Below are positions 19,076 to 27,554 of a stretch of DNA of 64,000 nucleotides, piece after piece. The DNA is from Candidatus Aenigmatarchaeota archaeon (lineage in GTDB: Archaea; Aenigmatarchaeota; Aenigmatarchaeia; CG10238-14; SCSR01). How positions within the stretch are numbered: the stretch's first letter is position 1; each line of letters opens with the position of its first letter. Where the stretch lies: NCBI GenBank assembly GCA_018304615.1, contig JAGVVV010000008.1, forward strand, positions 25,741-89,740, in the 5' to 3' direction. The notes below the pieces were generated by a model. The model was given only the letters and a program-made list of their open reading frames with translations. It was not told the origin of the DNA and made no database searches. The position numbers and the translations under genes are program-made.

Positions 19076-19416
19076 AAAATAATCTGAAAATTCTAATGCC
19101 GACTCTCAGAGAAAAAGAAAGATATGTAGCCTTTCAAGTGATTTCTGAAGATTCAATAACTTATTCGGATTTAGAAGCTGCGATCTGGAACTCGATGATG
19201 GATTTTTTTGGAGAATATGGGACTGCTAAGACTTCGATGTGGATTGTTAAGAATCTGTATGACGAACAAAATCAAATCGGAGTGATAAGATGCAACAACA
19301 AATCGGTCCAAGAAGTGATCACGGGATTGGGACTGATTTCAAGGCTCGGAGATGTAAGAGTAACTATAAAAATTTTATCCGTCTCAGGAACCATTCGCGG
19401 TTTGAAAATAAAGTAA
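19072..19416 (+). CDS. rnp2: Ribonuclease P protein component 2 (Pop5)
   Basis: PTLREKERYVAF, GVIRC, SVSGTIR. Confidence 0.92.
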   Translation: MKNNLKILMPTLREKERYVAFQVISEDSITYSDLEAAIWNSMMDFFGEYGTAKTSMWIVKNLYDEQNQIGVIRCNNKSVQEVITGLGLISRLGDVRVTIKILSVSGTIRGLKIK

Positions 19417-19490
19417 CTAACAAGTGAATACAACTTTCTTAAGTTCTATAAATGATTAAAGTAAAATTACCACATTAATTTCTGATACAA

Positions 19491-20432
19491 ATGAAAGAAA
19501 TATTAACCAATTTAGAAGATGTATCAGGTAAATTCAAAAGTGTACATATAGATAATGGCTTTGTGTTCATAAAAGTCGGAAAGTATACGGCAAAAATCAA
19601 AATTCCTTTTAGAGTTAGCAAAGAACTTGCATCTTTATATGGACATGTTTTAGGCGATGGCCATATTAAAAAAGATGAACAACACTTTCACTATGTAAAC
19701 AAAAATAAGGATTTAATTGAAGAAGTCAAATCAGAAGTCAAAAATATATTTGCCGTTGAGACCATGGAGTATTTTAGAGAAAACAAACAAATCTATGATT
19801 TGAATTTCCCGGTAGTAATTGCAAAACTGCTTGTTTTATTAGGGTTTCCAAAAGGTAGAAAATCAATTCAAATATTGTCAATTCCAGAATGGTTGAAAAA
19901 TGAATCTGTAGATATCAAAGCGGCTTTTATCAGAGCTTTATTTGATGATGAAGCGTGGGTAGAAATAAAACAGGGTGGATTTTGTATCGGCTTTGGCCAA
20001 AACAAAAATGTCAACTTATTGCAATATCACAAAAATTACATTGAAGAAATTAGGAATATTTTGAGTCAATTAGGTGTCAATTCAAGTAAAATTTTTCAAA
20101 AATCGCAAAAAGGAGATTCTATACAACTTGGTTTTAAAATTTTAGGATTACAAAATCTTACTAATTTTAATTCAAAAATAGGATTTCTCTCTGAAAATAA
20201 ACAAAAAAGATTAGAATTCGTCTTGAACAATTTTAAACAGATACAGTTCGGTAAAAAAGAAGCGAAGTTAAAAATATTGGAAAAATTAAACGTACCTATG
20301 AAAAGTAAAGAATTGGCATTTTTGCTTAATAGGGATCAAAAAACTATTTGGAAACATTTACATCAACTGCATAGAAAAAATTTAGTCACTAAAATCGGTA
20401 CTAAAAATAAAGTATTTTGGAAAAGTGTCTAA
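19491..20432 (+). mobile_element. Free-standing two-motif LAGLIDADG homing endonuclease with C-terminal winged HTH
   Basis: LASLYGHVLGDGHI and AFIRALFDDEAWV helices; KSKELAFLLNRDQKTIWKHL; AT-rich; inserted between rnp2 and psmA; no intein splice motifs. Confidence 0.88.
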
Positions 20433-20531
20433 CGCTAAAATTTAAAAGGGCACAAATTTAAACTATTATCAACAAGTTATTACAAGGTGATTCTCAAAGA
20501 ATGAGAAAATTATTTGCATTGGTGATAGGCA

Positions 20532-21336
20532 ATGCCTGAAATGATGCCTGAATATAATCTAGTGGCTAAAGACCACATGATGTTCAAATGGGCTACGACA
20601 GGACAAATTTGCCTAGTTAATAACTAGCAAAGTCCATTTGCTGTATCGTACCCAGTCATAAAGCTGGTATGAGGCAAAATTTAGTCCTGATGGCCGCCTG
20701 TTCCAAGTAGAGTATGCTAAGGAAGCAGTGAAGAAAGGATCGACTTGTTTGGGAATAGTTTTCAAAGATGGAGTATTGCTCGCGACAATCAGACCGTCGA
20801 CTGCACTGATGGTGCCTGAATCTCTGGAGAAGATTTTCCAGATTGACGACCATCTTGGAGCAGTGGCTTCTGGATATCTCGCTGATGCAAGAGTTCTTGC
20901 AAACCAGTCTAGGGTGAAGGCGCAAGTCCACAAAATCACTTATGAAGAGCCAATAGATGTCTGGGGTGCGGCAAAAGTTTTGGGAGACAGGATGCAGATT
21001 TCGACAATTTATGCAGGCTTAAGGCCGTTCGGAGTTTCGTTCTTGATTGGTGGAGTAGATAGAACAGGTCCTCATCTAGTTGAAACAGATCCTTCTGGAA
21101 TGCTTTACGAATGGAAGGCGAATGCTCTCGGAAGAGGAGCTCCAGTAGCAAACAAGATATTCAAGCAGAGATGGAAAGATGGCCTGAGCGAGAAAGAGGC
21201 CGTGGATATTGCTCTAGATGTAATCCAGAAGACTGAAAAAGAGAAAAAGGCAAACGCTATTGACGTTGCTATAATAACAAAAGACCTGAAATTCAGAAAA
21301 TTGAGGGAAGAGGAAATCAAGAAGGCTTTAAAGTGA
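20532..21336 (+). CDS. psmA: Proteasome alpha subunit, intron-split: join(20532..20555,20588..20606,20638..20644,20679..21336), 235 aa
   Basis: Spliced start [39 protein letters not shown] matches the alpha-subunit signature; GGTGAT RBS at 20521-20526; normal rnp2-psmA-SBDS context. Confidence 0.95.
20556..20587 (+). other. psmA intron 1 (32 nt, BHB-type)
   Basis: Central helix GAAT/GTTC, bulges AT^A and AA^A, inner stems ATC/GAT and GTGG/CCAC; outer helix relaxed. Confidence 0.85.
20607..20637 (+). other. psmA intron 2 (31 nt, canonical BHB)
   Basis: Central helix GGAC/GTCC, bulges AA^A and AT^T, inner hairpin TTTG..CTAGTT-AAT-AACTAG..CAAA, outer CA/TG. Confidence 0.92.
20645..20678 (+). 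other. psmA intron 3 (34 nt, BHB-type)
   Basis: Central helix TGCT/GGCA, bulges GT^A and AA^A, inner stem TCGTACC/GGTATGA. Confidence 0.9.
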
Positions 21337-21340
21337 TTCT

Positions 21341-22048
21341 TTGATCGGTGTCGATAAAGCTGTAATAAGTAGATTGCACGTTTCTGGACAGATATTTGAA
21401 ATTCTAGTCGATCCTGAGAAGGCCCTTCAGTTCAAGAAGGGAATGAAAATCGGTATGGGCGAGATCCTTGCTTTTCCTGGAATATATCATGACGTAAGGA
21501 ACACGAAGAGGGTTCCTGAAGGAGATTTACATAAATTTTTTGGAACTGTCGATATTGACAAGATTGCTGAGAAAATTATCCACGAAGGGCAGCTGCAATT
21601 GACTACAGAACAGAGAAGGGAAATGGTCGAACAGAGAAGAAATCAAGTAGCAAATATCATCTCCAGGAAGGGGATTAACCCGCAAACAAACGCTCCGAAT
21701 CCTCCGCAGAGGATATTGACTGCGATGGAAAAGGCTGGCATAAATATAGATCCTTTTGTTGATGCTGAGTTGCAGGTTGACAAAGTGCTGAAAGAAATAA
21801 AGGCTCTAGTTCCGATAAAGTTCGAAAAAATTACATATCAATTCAAGATTCCTTCTCAGTTTTCGGGGAAAGCATACTCAACCTTAAAAAGTTCAGGAAC
21901 CATAATTAGTGAACAGTGGCTTAATGATGGAAGCCTACAGCTGAGTCTGGAGGCGATAGCTGGAATGCAGGACGAGATATTCCAAAAGCTTTCTGGCTTG
22001 ACTCATGGCCAATTCGAATCAAAAGTACTGAAAAAGGTGGATATATGA
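21341..22048 (+). CDS. Ribosome maturation factor SBDS/Sdo1
   Basis: FEILVDP, GQLQLTTEQRREM, INPQTNAPNPPQRI. Confidence 0.95.
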   Translation: MIGVDKAVISRLHVSGQIFEILVDPEKALQFKKGMKIGMGEILAFPGIYHDVRNTKRVPEGDLHKFFGTVDIDKIAEKIIHEGQLQLTTEQRREMVEQRRNQVANIISRKGINPQTNAPNPPQRILTAMEKAGINIDPFVDAELQVDKVLKEIKALVPIKFEKITYQFKIPSQFSGKAYSTLKSSGTIISEQWLNDGSLQLSLEAIAGMQDEIFQKLSGLTHGQFESKVLKKVDI

Positions 22049-22704
22049 CAGAAAATTCAGTTGTTGTCCCAGGTGAATTGCTGGGAGATAGGAAAGGAAG
22101 GAAGTTAGGCCAAGGGCTCTATCTGGACGGAGAGAACGTATTTTCGAAATTCGTCGGAGTGCCTAGAATAAATGACGTTGAGATGTCTGTGGTCCCTCTT
22201 GCAGGAGTTTATCTTCCTTATTTCGGAGACAGGGTGATCGGAGTGATAGAATCTGTTGAAGTCTCAGGATGGGTTGTGGACATAAACTGTCCTTATTCTG
22301 CTTTTCTTCCATTGTCCGAAGGAGTTGAAGGGTTTGTGGACACGCAGAGAACTGACCTGACAAAATTTTTCGACATTGATGATGTTATCATGTGTGTGAT
22401 ATCACGTGTGACTAAAAATAAAACAGTCCAAGTTTCGATGGACGACCAAACTGCTAGAAAACTTGTCGGTGGGGTAGCCCTCAAAGTCACGCCGAGCAAG
22501 ATTCCAAGAATCATCGGAAAGGCGGGAAGCATGATAATGATGATTAAAGAGAAGACAAAATGCGATATCGTGACAGGACAGAACGGATTGGTTTGGATAA
22601 GAGGGGAGAACAAGGCGAAAGCAATCGAAGCCATTGTAATGATAGAAAAGGAATCGCATCTGAGCGGTCTGACAGAAAAAATTGAAAAGATGTTGGGTGA
22701 ATAA
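22045..22704 (+). CDS. rrp4: Exosome component Rrp4
   Basis: VVVPGELL, S1 domain, KH PSKIPRIIGKAGSMI, GQNGLVWI. Confidence 0.94.
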   Translation: MTENSVVVPGELLGDRKGRKLGQGLYLDGENVFSKFVGVPRINDVEMSVVPLAGVYLPYFGDRVIGVIESVEVSGWVVDINCPYSAFLPLSEGVEGFVDTQRTDLTKFFDIDDVIMCVISRVTKNKTVQVSMDDQTARKLVGGVALKVTPSKIPRIIGKAGSMIMMIKEKTKCDIVTGQNGLVWIRGENKAKAIEAIVMIEKESHLSGLTEKIEKMLGE

Positions 22705-22705
22705 A

Positions 22706-23431
22706 ATGGGGCACAAATCTGATAAAAAATTAATCGTGAACGGGAAAAGAGCTGACGGCAGAGAACTGGATCAGATGAGACCTATTGAGATGCAAATCGG
22801 ACTTGTGAACAGGGCGAATGGATCTGCTTTGGTGAAGTTCGGAGATACTCATGCGATTGCAGCTGCATACGGGCCAAGAGAGCTGATGCCAAGGCACAAG
22901 CAGGAAGCAGACAGAGGAATAATAAGAACCAGATACAACATGGCTCCTTTTTCAGTCGACGACAGAAAGGCTCCAGGCTCGGACAGGAGAAGCACTGAAT
23001 TGTCGAAAGTTATCAGACTGGCTTTGCACCCTGTGGTTTTTGTACAGGACTTTCCGAAGGCTACGGTTGATGTTTACATTGAAATTTTGCAAGCAGACGG
23101 CTCGACCAGAGTAACTGGGATTAACGCTGCTTCACTGGCAATGGCAGCTGCAGGAGTTCCCATGACAGATTTAGTTACTGCATGTTCGGCTGGAAAAATC
23201 GACGGAAAACTTGTGTCCGATCTTAATGGGATAGAAGACAATTTCGGTGAGGCAGATTTGGGTTATGCCATGATCCCATCCAAAAACATGGTTACGCTTC
23301 TGCAGATGGACGGAGCCTTGACAAAGGAAGAATTGGTGACACTTTTAAATATGGCGAAAGAATCCTGCAAGAAAATCTATGAAATGGAGATGAAAGTTTT
23401 GAAAGAAAAATACGAGAAGGCGCTTGAATGA
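22706..23431 (+). CDS. rrp41: Exosome component Rrp41
   Basis: RADGRELDQMRPI, YNMAPFS, ILQADGSTR, DLNGIED. Confidence 0.95.
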   Translation: MGHKSDKKLIVNGKRADGRELDQMRPIEMQIGLVNRANGSALVKFGDTHAIAAAYGPRELMPRHKQEADRGIIRTRYNMAPFSVDDRKAPGSDRRSTELSKVIRLALHPVVFVQDFPKATVDVYIEILQADGSTRVTGINAASLAMAAAGVPMTDLVTACSAGKIDGKLVSDLNGIEDNFGEADLGYAMIPSKNMVTLLQMDGALTKEELVTLLNMAKESCKKIYEMEMKVLKEKYEKALE

Positions 23432-24189
23432 GAGAAAGATACGCATACGAATTGATCCAGAAGGGAATGAGGATTGACGAGAGGAAATTCGACGAGTTCA
23501 GAAAAATCAAAATCAGAACTGACGTGTCGAATAAGGCCGAAGGCTCTGCTCATGTGACTTTAGGAGAAACGCAAGTGATTGCTGGTGTGAAATTAAAAAC
23601 AGGCGAACCTTATCCTGACACACCAAACGAGGGGACTCTCATCGTGAATGCTGAGTTCACTCCACTAGCATCCCCTGATTTCGAATCAGGACCTCCTGGG
23701 GAAGATGCTGTCGAACTTGCCAGAGTGGTTGACAGAGGATTGAGGGAATCACATTGCCTTGATTTGGAAAAATTATGCATCACTCCAAAAGAGAAAGTCT
23801 GGACAGTTTTCGTAGACTTGCACATGATAAACCACCAGGGAAATCTCCTTGATGCATCTGCCCTTGCTGCGATTACAGCCTTGCACAATTCTCAGGTACC
23901 GAAAATAGAAGAGGATACAATTATCAGAGGGGAATATGTGAGCAAACTTCCAGTTGTTTTCACGCCAGTGAATGTGACTGTCGGAAAGATAGAAGACAAG
24001 TTCATCTTGGATCCTTTGATAGAAGAAGAAAATATCCTTGATTCTAAACTTTCTGTATCAGTTAGAGATGACGATAAGATCTGCGCACTGCAGAAGATGG
24101 GAGAACAGGGAATTAATTTTGACGATTTAGAAAAAATGTTCGATATGGCCATCAAGAAATCAAAAGAACTAAGAAAGCTGGTGAAGTGA
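23428..24189 (+). CDS. rrp42: Exosome component Rrp42
   Basis: AEGSAHVTLGETQV, FESGPPGE, ELARVVDRGLRES. Confidence 0.95.
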   Translation: MRERYAYELIQKGMRIDERKFDEFRKIKIRTDVSNKAEGSAHVTLGETQVIAGVKLKTGEPYPDTPNEGTLIVNAEFTPLASPDFESGPPGEDAVELARVVDRGLRESHCLDLEKLCITPKEKVWTVFVDLHMINHQGNLLDASALAAITALHNSQVPKIEEDTIIRGEYVSKLPVVFTPVNVTVGKIEDKFILDPLIEEENILDSKLSVSVRDDDKICALQKMGEQGINFDDLEKMFDMAIKKSKELRKLVK

Positions 24190-24357
24190 ATGGCAATTCG
24201 ACACATCACTAAAAAAATCAAACTCGGAAGGATTAGGAAGGTCAGATCTTCTCCTAGATGGGCCGACATAAAAAAATTCGGGATGAAGAGAGCTAGGACT
24301 CGAAGAATCAGTATTGATAAAGTAAAGAGATGGAAGAGAATCAGAATTAAAGTCTAA
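24190..24357 (+). CDS. rpl39e: 50S ribosomal protein L39e (divergent); not in ORF track
   Basis: Hand-translated MAIRHITKKIKLGRIRKVRSSPRWADIKK...KRWKRIRIKV; basic, PxW and RW motifs; upstream of rpl31e. Confidence 0.75.
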   Translation: MAIRHITKKIKLGRIRKVRSSPRWADIKKFGMKRARTRRISIDKVKRWKRIRIKV

Positions 24358-24364
24358 TTTTATT

Positions 24365-24802
24365 TTATCCTGTCTGCCAGCAAGACATCGAATTCTCGCA
24401 AGTTGCTGATACAGGCAATCCTGAGCATGTTCCCAGCACTCTTACGAATGTTGGAAGGGATGATACGTTAACTCTGGCAGTACCAACATCTCCTGGAAGA
24501 AGCGAAGTAGCAGATAATGTGATTGTAGTCATATTGTTTGGAATCAAAGCGCTAATCGCGTTAATAGTTTGCTGACTTGGATTTGAAAATGTGATATTCA
24601 ATGCACCAGCTACCACGCTAGGAGCTTTTACAAGCTCTATTACAAGAGCAGGAGTGCATTTTGCTTGAGCAGCAGATTGATTTGAGACCTGCTGTGTTTG
24701 TGTGTTTGTCAGACCTGTCAGCCAAACAGACATTATTCCTCCTATAGCTACAGTAAAAGCGATCAAGAGTACAATCGCGATCATTGGAGAAATTCCTTTC
24801 AT
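24365..24802 (-). CDS. Archaeal type IV pilin-like protein
   Basis: Class III signal MKG/ISPMIAIVLLIAFTVAIGG. Confidence 0.88.
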   Translation of the reverse strand: MKGISPMIAIVLLIAFTVAIGGIMSVWLTGLTNTQTQQVSNQSAAQAKCTPALVIELVKAPSVVAGALNITFSNPSQQTINAISALIPNNMTTITLSATSLLPGDVGTARVNVSSLPTFVRVLGTCSGLPVSATCENSMSCWQTG

Positions 24803-25251
24803 TAAGTACCCCTCCAACAACTATAAGCTGGCCTGCAAGTGAAAGACACAGGCAAACCAGTACATACACCGCTCACTCTTACAAGTGTGGGTAATGTCGA
24901 ATAATTACCAACTGTTATGAAATATGAAGCACCTGAGCCTAGATTTGGAACGACAGATGCGTTTGTAGTGACTGTTGATCCTGAAACTACAGAAACGTTG
25001 ATGTTAATTATCTGGTTTTGACTGGGATTTGTAACTGTCACATTAATGAGATCTGTAGCAGCGGCTGTGTTGGAATCTACTCTGTCAATCATCAAGGAAG
25101 GTGTGCATTTTACTTGAGAGGAAGATTGATTTGAAACTTGCTGGGTCTGAGTTGTTGTCAGGCCAGTGATCCATATAGAGAGAACTCCTCCGATTGCTAC
25201 TGTAAAAGCAATCAAAAGAATGACTGCAATCATAGGAGAGATTCCTTTCAT
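24802..25251 (-). CDS. Archaeal type IV pilin-like protein (tandem paralog)
   Basis: MKG/ISPMIAVILLIAFTVAIGG; similar to neighbour throughout. Confidence 0.88.
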   Translation of the reverse strand: MKGISPMIAVILLIAFTVAIGGVLSIWITGLTTTQTQQVSNQSSSQVKCTPSLMIDRVDSNTAAATDLINVTVTNPSQNQIININVSVVSGSTVTTNASVVPNLGSGASYFITVGNYSTLPTLVRVSGVCTGLPVSFTCRPAYSCWRGT

Positions 25252-25386
25252 GATATCTTTATAAAATTTGTCGAAATCGGAATATAAAGCTTTCCTACCA
25301 GATAGAAAATTTTCAGTTTGGTAAATAAGAATATAACAGAGTTATACGGAATGCGTTTTTAAATATGCCAAGCTGATATTAACTGT

Positions 25387-25644
25387 ATGGTAGACGAAAG
25401 GATACTCACAATCAACTTGAAGAAGAGGATTGTAAACGGGCCGAAATGGAGGAGAAACTCGTACGGGATGAGAATCATAAGGGAACTTGTGAAAAAGCAT
25501 GCCAAGGTGGAAAATGTGAAGATAGACAAGTCTCTGAACGAAAAAATTTGGTCTAAGAGCGCTCAAAGCCCTCCGACAATTTTCAGGCTGAAGATAATGA
25601 AAGTAGACGATAAGACGGTGAAAGCTGAACTCCTAGAAAAGTGA
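25387..25644 (+). CDS. rpl31e: 50S ribosomal protein L31e
   Basis: ERILTINL, VKIDKSLNEKIW, PP; precedes aIF6. Confidence 0.92.
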   Translation: MVDERILTINLKKRIVNGPKWRRNSYGMRIIRELVKKHAKVENVKIDKSLNEKIWSKSAQSPPTIFRLKIMKVDDKTVKAELLEK

Positions 25645-25648
25645 ACAG

Positions 25649-26326
25649 ATGAGAATCCTTCAGACAAATTTCCATGGGGATCATAATCTTGGTTTGTACG
25701 GAAAGGCATGCGGAAGATTCTGCATCATTGGGAATTTCGTGACGGAAAAAGATTTCAAAAAACTTTCTGAAATACTGGGTGTGAAGGCGTTCAGGATGAC
25801 AGCTGCGAATACTGACCTGAGCGGGATGTTTTTTGCGTTCAACTCAAACGGGATTGTGGTTCCTAAGATAATTACCGAGAAGGAGATGAGCAGGCTAAAA
25901 GTTCTGAAGAAGGAACTTGATGTTAACATCCTCGAACTGAAAACGAAATTCACAGCCATTGGAAATCTGATTCTCGCAAACGACAAAGGAGCAGTCGTAT
26001 CAAAAGTTTTCTCCAAAATTGAAGTTAATAAAATAAAGGATCTTCTGGGTGTTGAAGTAAATCATTCCACAATCGCAGGAATGCAAATGGTTGGATCTAC
26101 AGGAATCGCTACAAACAAGGGCTGTTTGATACACAGAGATGCTTCAGAAGAAGAAACTAAGAAGATTGAGGAAATTCTCAAAGTGAACGTAGACATAGGC
26201 TCTGCGAACTTCGGGTCCCCGTTCGTGGGGGCATGCATCATCGCTAATGACAAAGGTGCGGTAATAGGTGATTCGACGACTGGTCCGGAAGTAAACACAT
26301 TGATGGAAACGTTAAATCTTTTGTAA
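25649..26326 (+). CDS. eif6: Translation initiation factor aIF6
   Basis: AIGNLILANDKGA, GSANFGSPFVG, TTGPEV. Confidence 0.95.
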   Translation: MRILQTNFHGDHNLGLYGKACGRFCIIGNFVTEKDFKKLSEILGVKAFRMTAANTDLSGMFFAFNSNGIVVPKIITEKEMSRLKVLKKELDVNILELKTKFTAIGNLILANDKGAVVSKVFSKIEVNKIKDLLGVEVNHSTIAGMQMVGSTGIATNKGCLIHRDASEEETKKIEEILKVNVDIGSANFGSPFVGACIIANDKGAVIGDSTTGPEVNTLMETLNLL

Positions 26327-26328
26327 AA

Positions 26329-26502
26329 TCACTTGGGAACTTTTTTTGTCTCCATGTATTTGCAATTCCCGCAATAGAATCTGTCCTTGTGTTCTGAGAG
26401 GATGAAGCCGTCCCCGCATCTCGGACAGTATTTTTTTATCCTCTGGATTGAATCTCCTGTTACTTTGTAGAAACTACTTTGCTTGACTGGTTTGTGCTTC
26501 AC
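26329..26502 (-). CDS. rps27ae: 30S ribosomal protein S27ae; not in ORF track
   Basis: Hand-translated (GTG start) KHKPVKQSSFYKV...CPRCGDGFILSEHKDRFYCGNCKY. Confidence 0.93.
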   Translation of the reverse strand: MKHKPVKQSSFYKVTGDSIQRIKKYCPRCGDGFILSEHKDRFYCGNCKYMETKKVPK

Positions 26503-26767
26503 CTTTCTTCCCCTCCTTAGATTTTTTGACTTTCACTTTCGGTTTTTCCTTGTAGATTTTTGCTTTGACAAAGGATTCATTCGTCCCTTTATGCGTGAGG
26601 ACATAATCGATTAAAACGTTTTCTTCAGGCGAGGAATATCTGGCTGCGAGTTCTTTTACAATCTCGACTTTGGAAGGAGTAGAAAGTTTAGGATGTTTAA
26701 GAGTGAGTTTGACTTCTTTTCTGTTGAAGAGTTTGTTTTCCTTTTCGTCTAGGACTTCCCATTCCAT
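26474..26767 (-). CDS. rps24e: 30S ribosomal protein S24e
   Basis: ENKLFNRKEV, TPSKVEI, AKIY. Confidence 0.9.
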   Translation of the reverse strand: MEWEVLDEKENKLFNRKEVKLTLKHPKLSTPSKVEIVKELAARYSSPEENVLIDYVLTHKGTNESFVKAKIYKEKPKVKVKKSKEGKKGEAQTSQAK

Positions 26768-26771
26768 TCAA

Positions 26772-26960
26772 TCATCCCACGTACAAGGCATACTTTCCAG
26801 CCTCGTTCACCTTCAAAACTTTTGCTATCTCACTGTTAGGATCGAGAATCAGGACCATCCCCTTCCAGCTTGTGGAAAGGTTTGTGGATTTACAAAAAGG
26901 ACAAACTTTCTCATTTGTAAACCTCTTACAGTTTCTGCAGACTTGCATCTTTCTTGCCAT
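26772..26960 (-). CDS. spt4: Transcription elongation factor Spt4 (RpoE'')
   Basis: CRNC/CPFC, WKGMVLILDPNSEIAK, GKYAL. Confidence 0.93.
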   Translation of the reverse strand: MARKMQVCRNCKRFTNEKVCPFCKSTNLSTSWKGMVLILDPNSEIAKVLKVNEAGKYALYVG

Positions 26961-27515
26961 CTATTTTCCCTTCTTTGCCTTCCTCTTCTCATCCTCAATC
27001 CATGACAAGACTCCAAGGCCGCTCTGCCTCATCGTCAACCCTATCTTGTTTTCTTCTTTTCCAAAACTGACTGCGATTATTCTTGCTCGGACCAGGTCTT
27101 TCTCTTTCAGGGTTCTTTTTGATTCTTTGCCGAGGAAAACTGAATTCTTATTGTCATAGCTCACATAATCGTCCATCAGCTGCGAGATATGAATCAATCC
27201 ATCCATAGGACCGATTCTGACAAAAGAACCAAACTCTGTGTTGTCAATCACTTCTCCGGAGGCAAGTTCCTGAAGCTCCGGCTTGTATGCTAGTATGTTG
27301 AAATTCGTGTTATAGAAAACTCCTGGATCCCCGGCTGTAATTTTCCCTTCACCAACTGAATTTATTTCAGTTACTGATAGAATCACTCCTATTCTTGGGT
27401 CTAGCAAGCCCTCCATCTGCTCGGCTATGCTCTCCTTTACTGCTTTTCCTACTTCCATGTTCAATTTTGTCGGAGGAACGCGGATCTTGTCCTCAAGAGT
27501 TACTATGCGATACAT
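26961..27515 (-). CDS. rpoE1: RNA polymerase subunit Rpo7 (RpoE')
   Basis: IRVPP, FGSFVRIGPMDGLIHISQLMDD, IGLTMRQSGLG. Confidence 0.95.
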   Translation of the reverse strand: MYRIVTLEDKIRVPPTKLNMEVGKAVKESIAEQMEGLLDPRIGVILSVTEINSVGEGKITAGDPGVFYNTNFNILAYKPELQELASGEVIDNTEFGSFVRIGPMDGLIHISQLMDDYVSYDNKNSVFLGKESKRTLKEKDLVRARIIAVSFGKEENKIGLTMRQSGLGVLSWIEDEKRKAKKGK

Positions 27516-27554
27516 CTAAAATCACAAATATAATTCTACCTGTATGCTTTTAAA

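Noticed and set aside
19491-20432. LAGLIDADG ORF as an intein or group I intron ORF
   Set aside because: It has its own start and stop, no Cys/His-Asn splice motifs, and the flanks are too short for a ribozyme core
20501-20539. uORF MRKLFALVIGNA as a functional peptide
   Set aside because: 12 codons with no independent support
20644-20679. Alternative 36-nt register for psmA intron 3 (TTGC/GCAA helix)
   Set aside because: Splicing would create an in-frame TAG
20728-21336. ORF-track start for psmA, or a psmA pseudogene
   Set aside because: Lacks the essential YDR..FSPDGRL N-terminus, which is restored exactly by BHB-rule excision of three inserts
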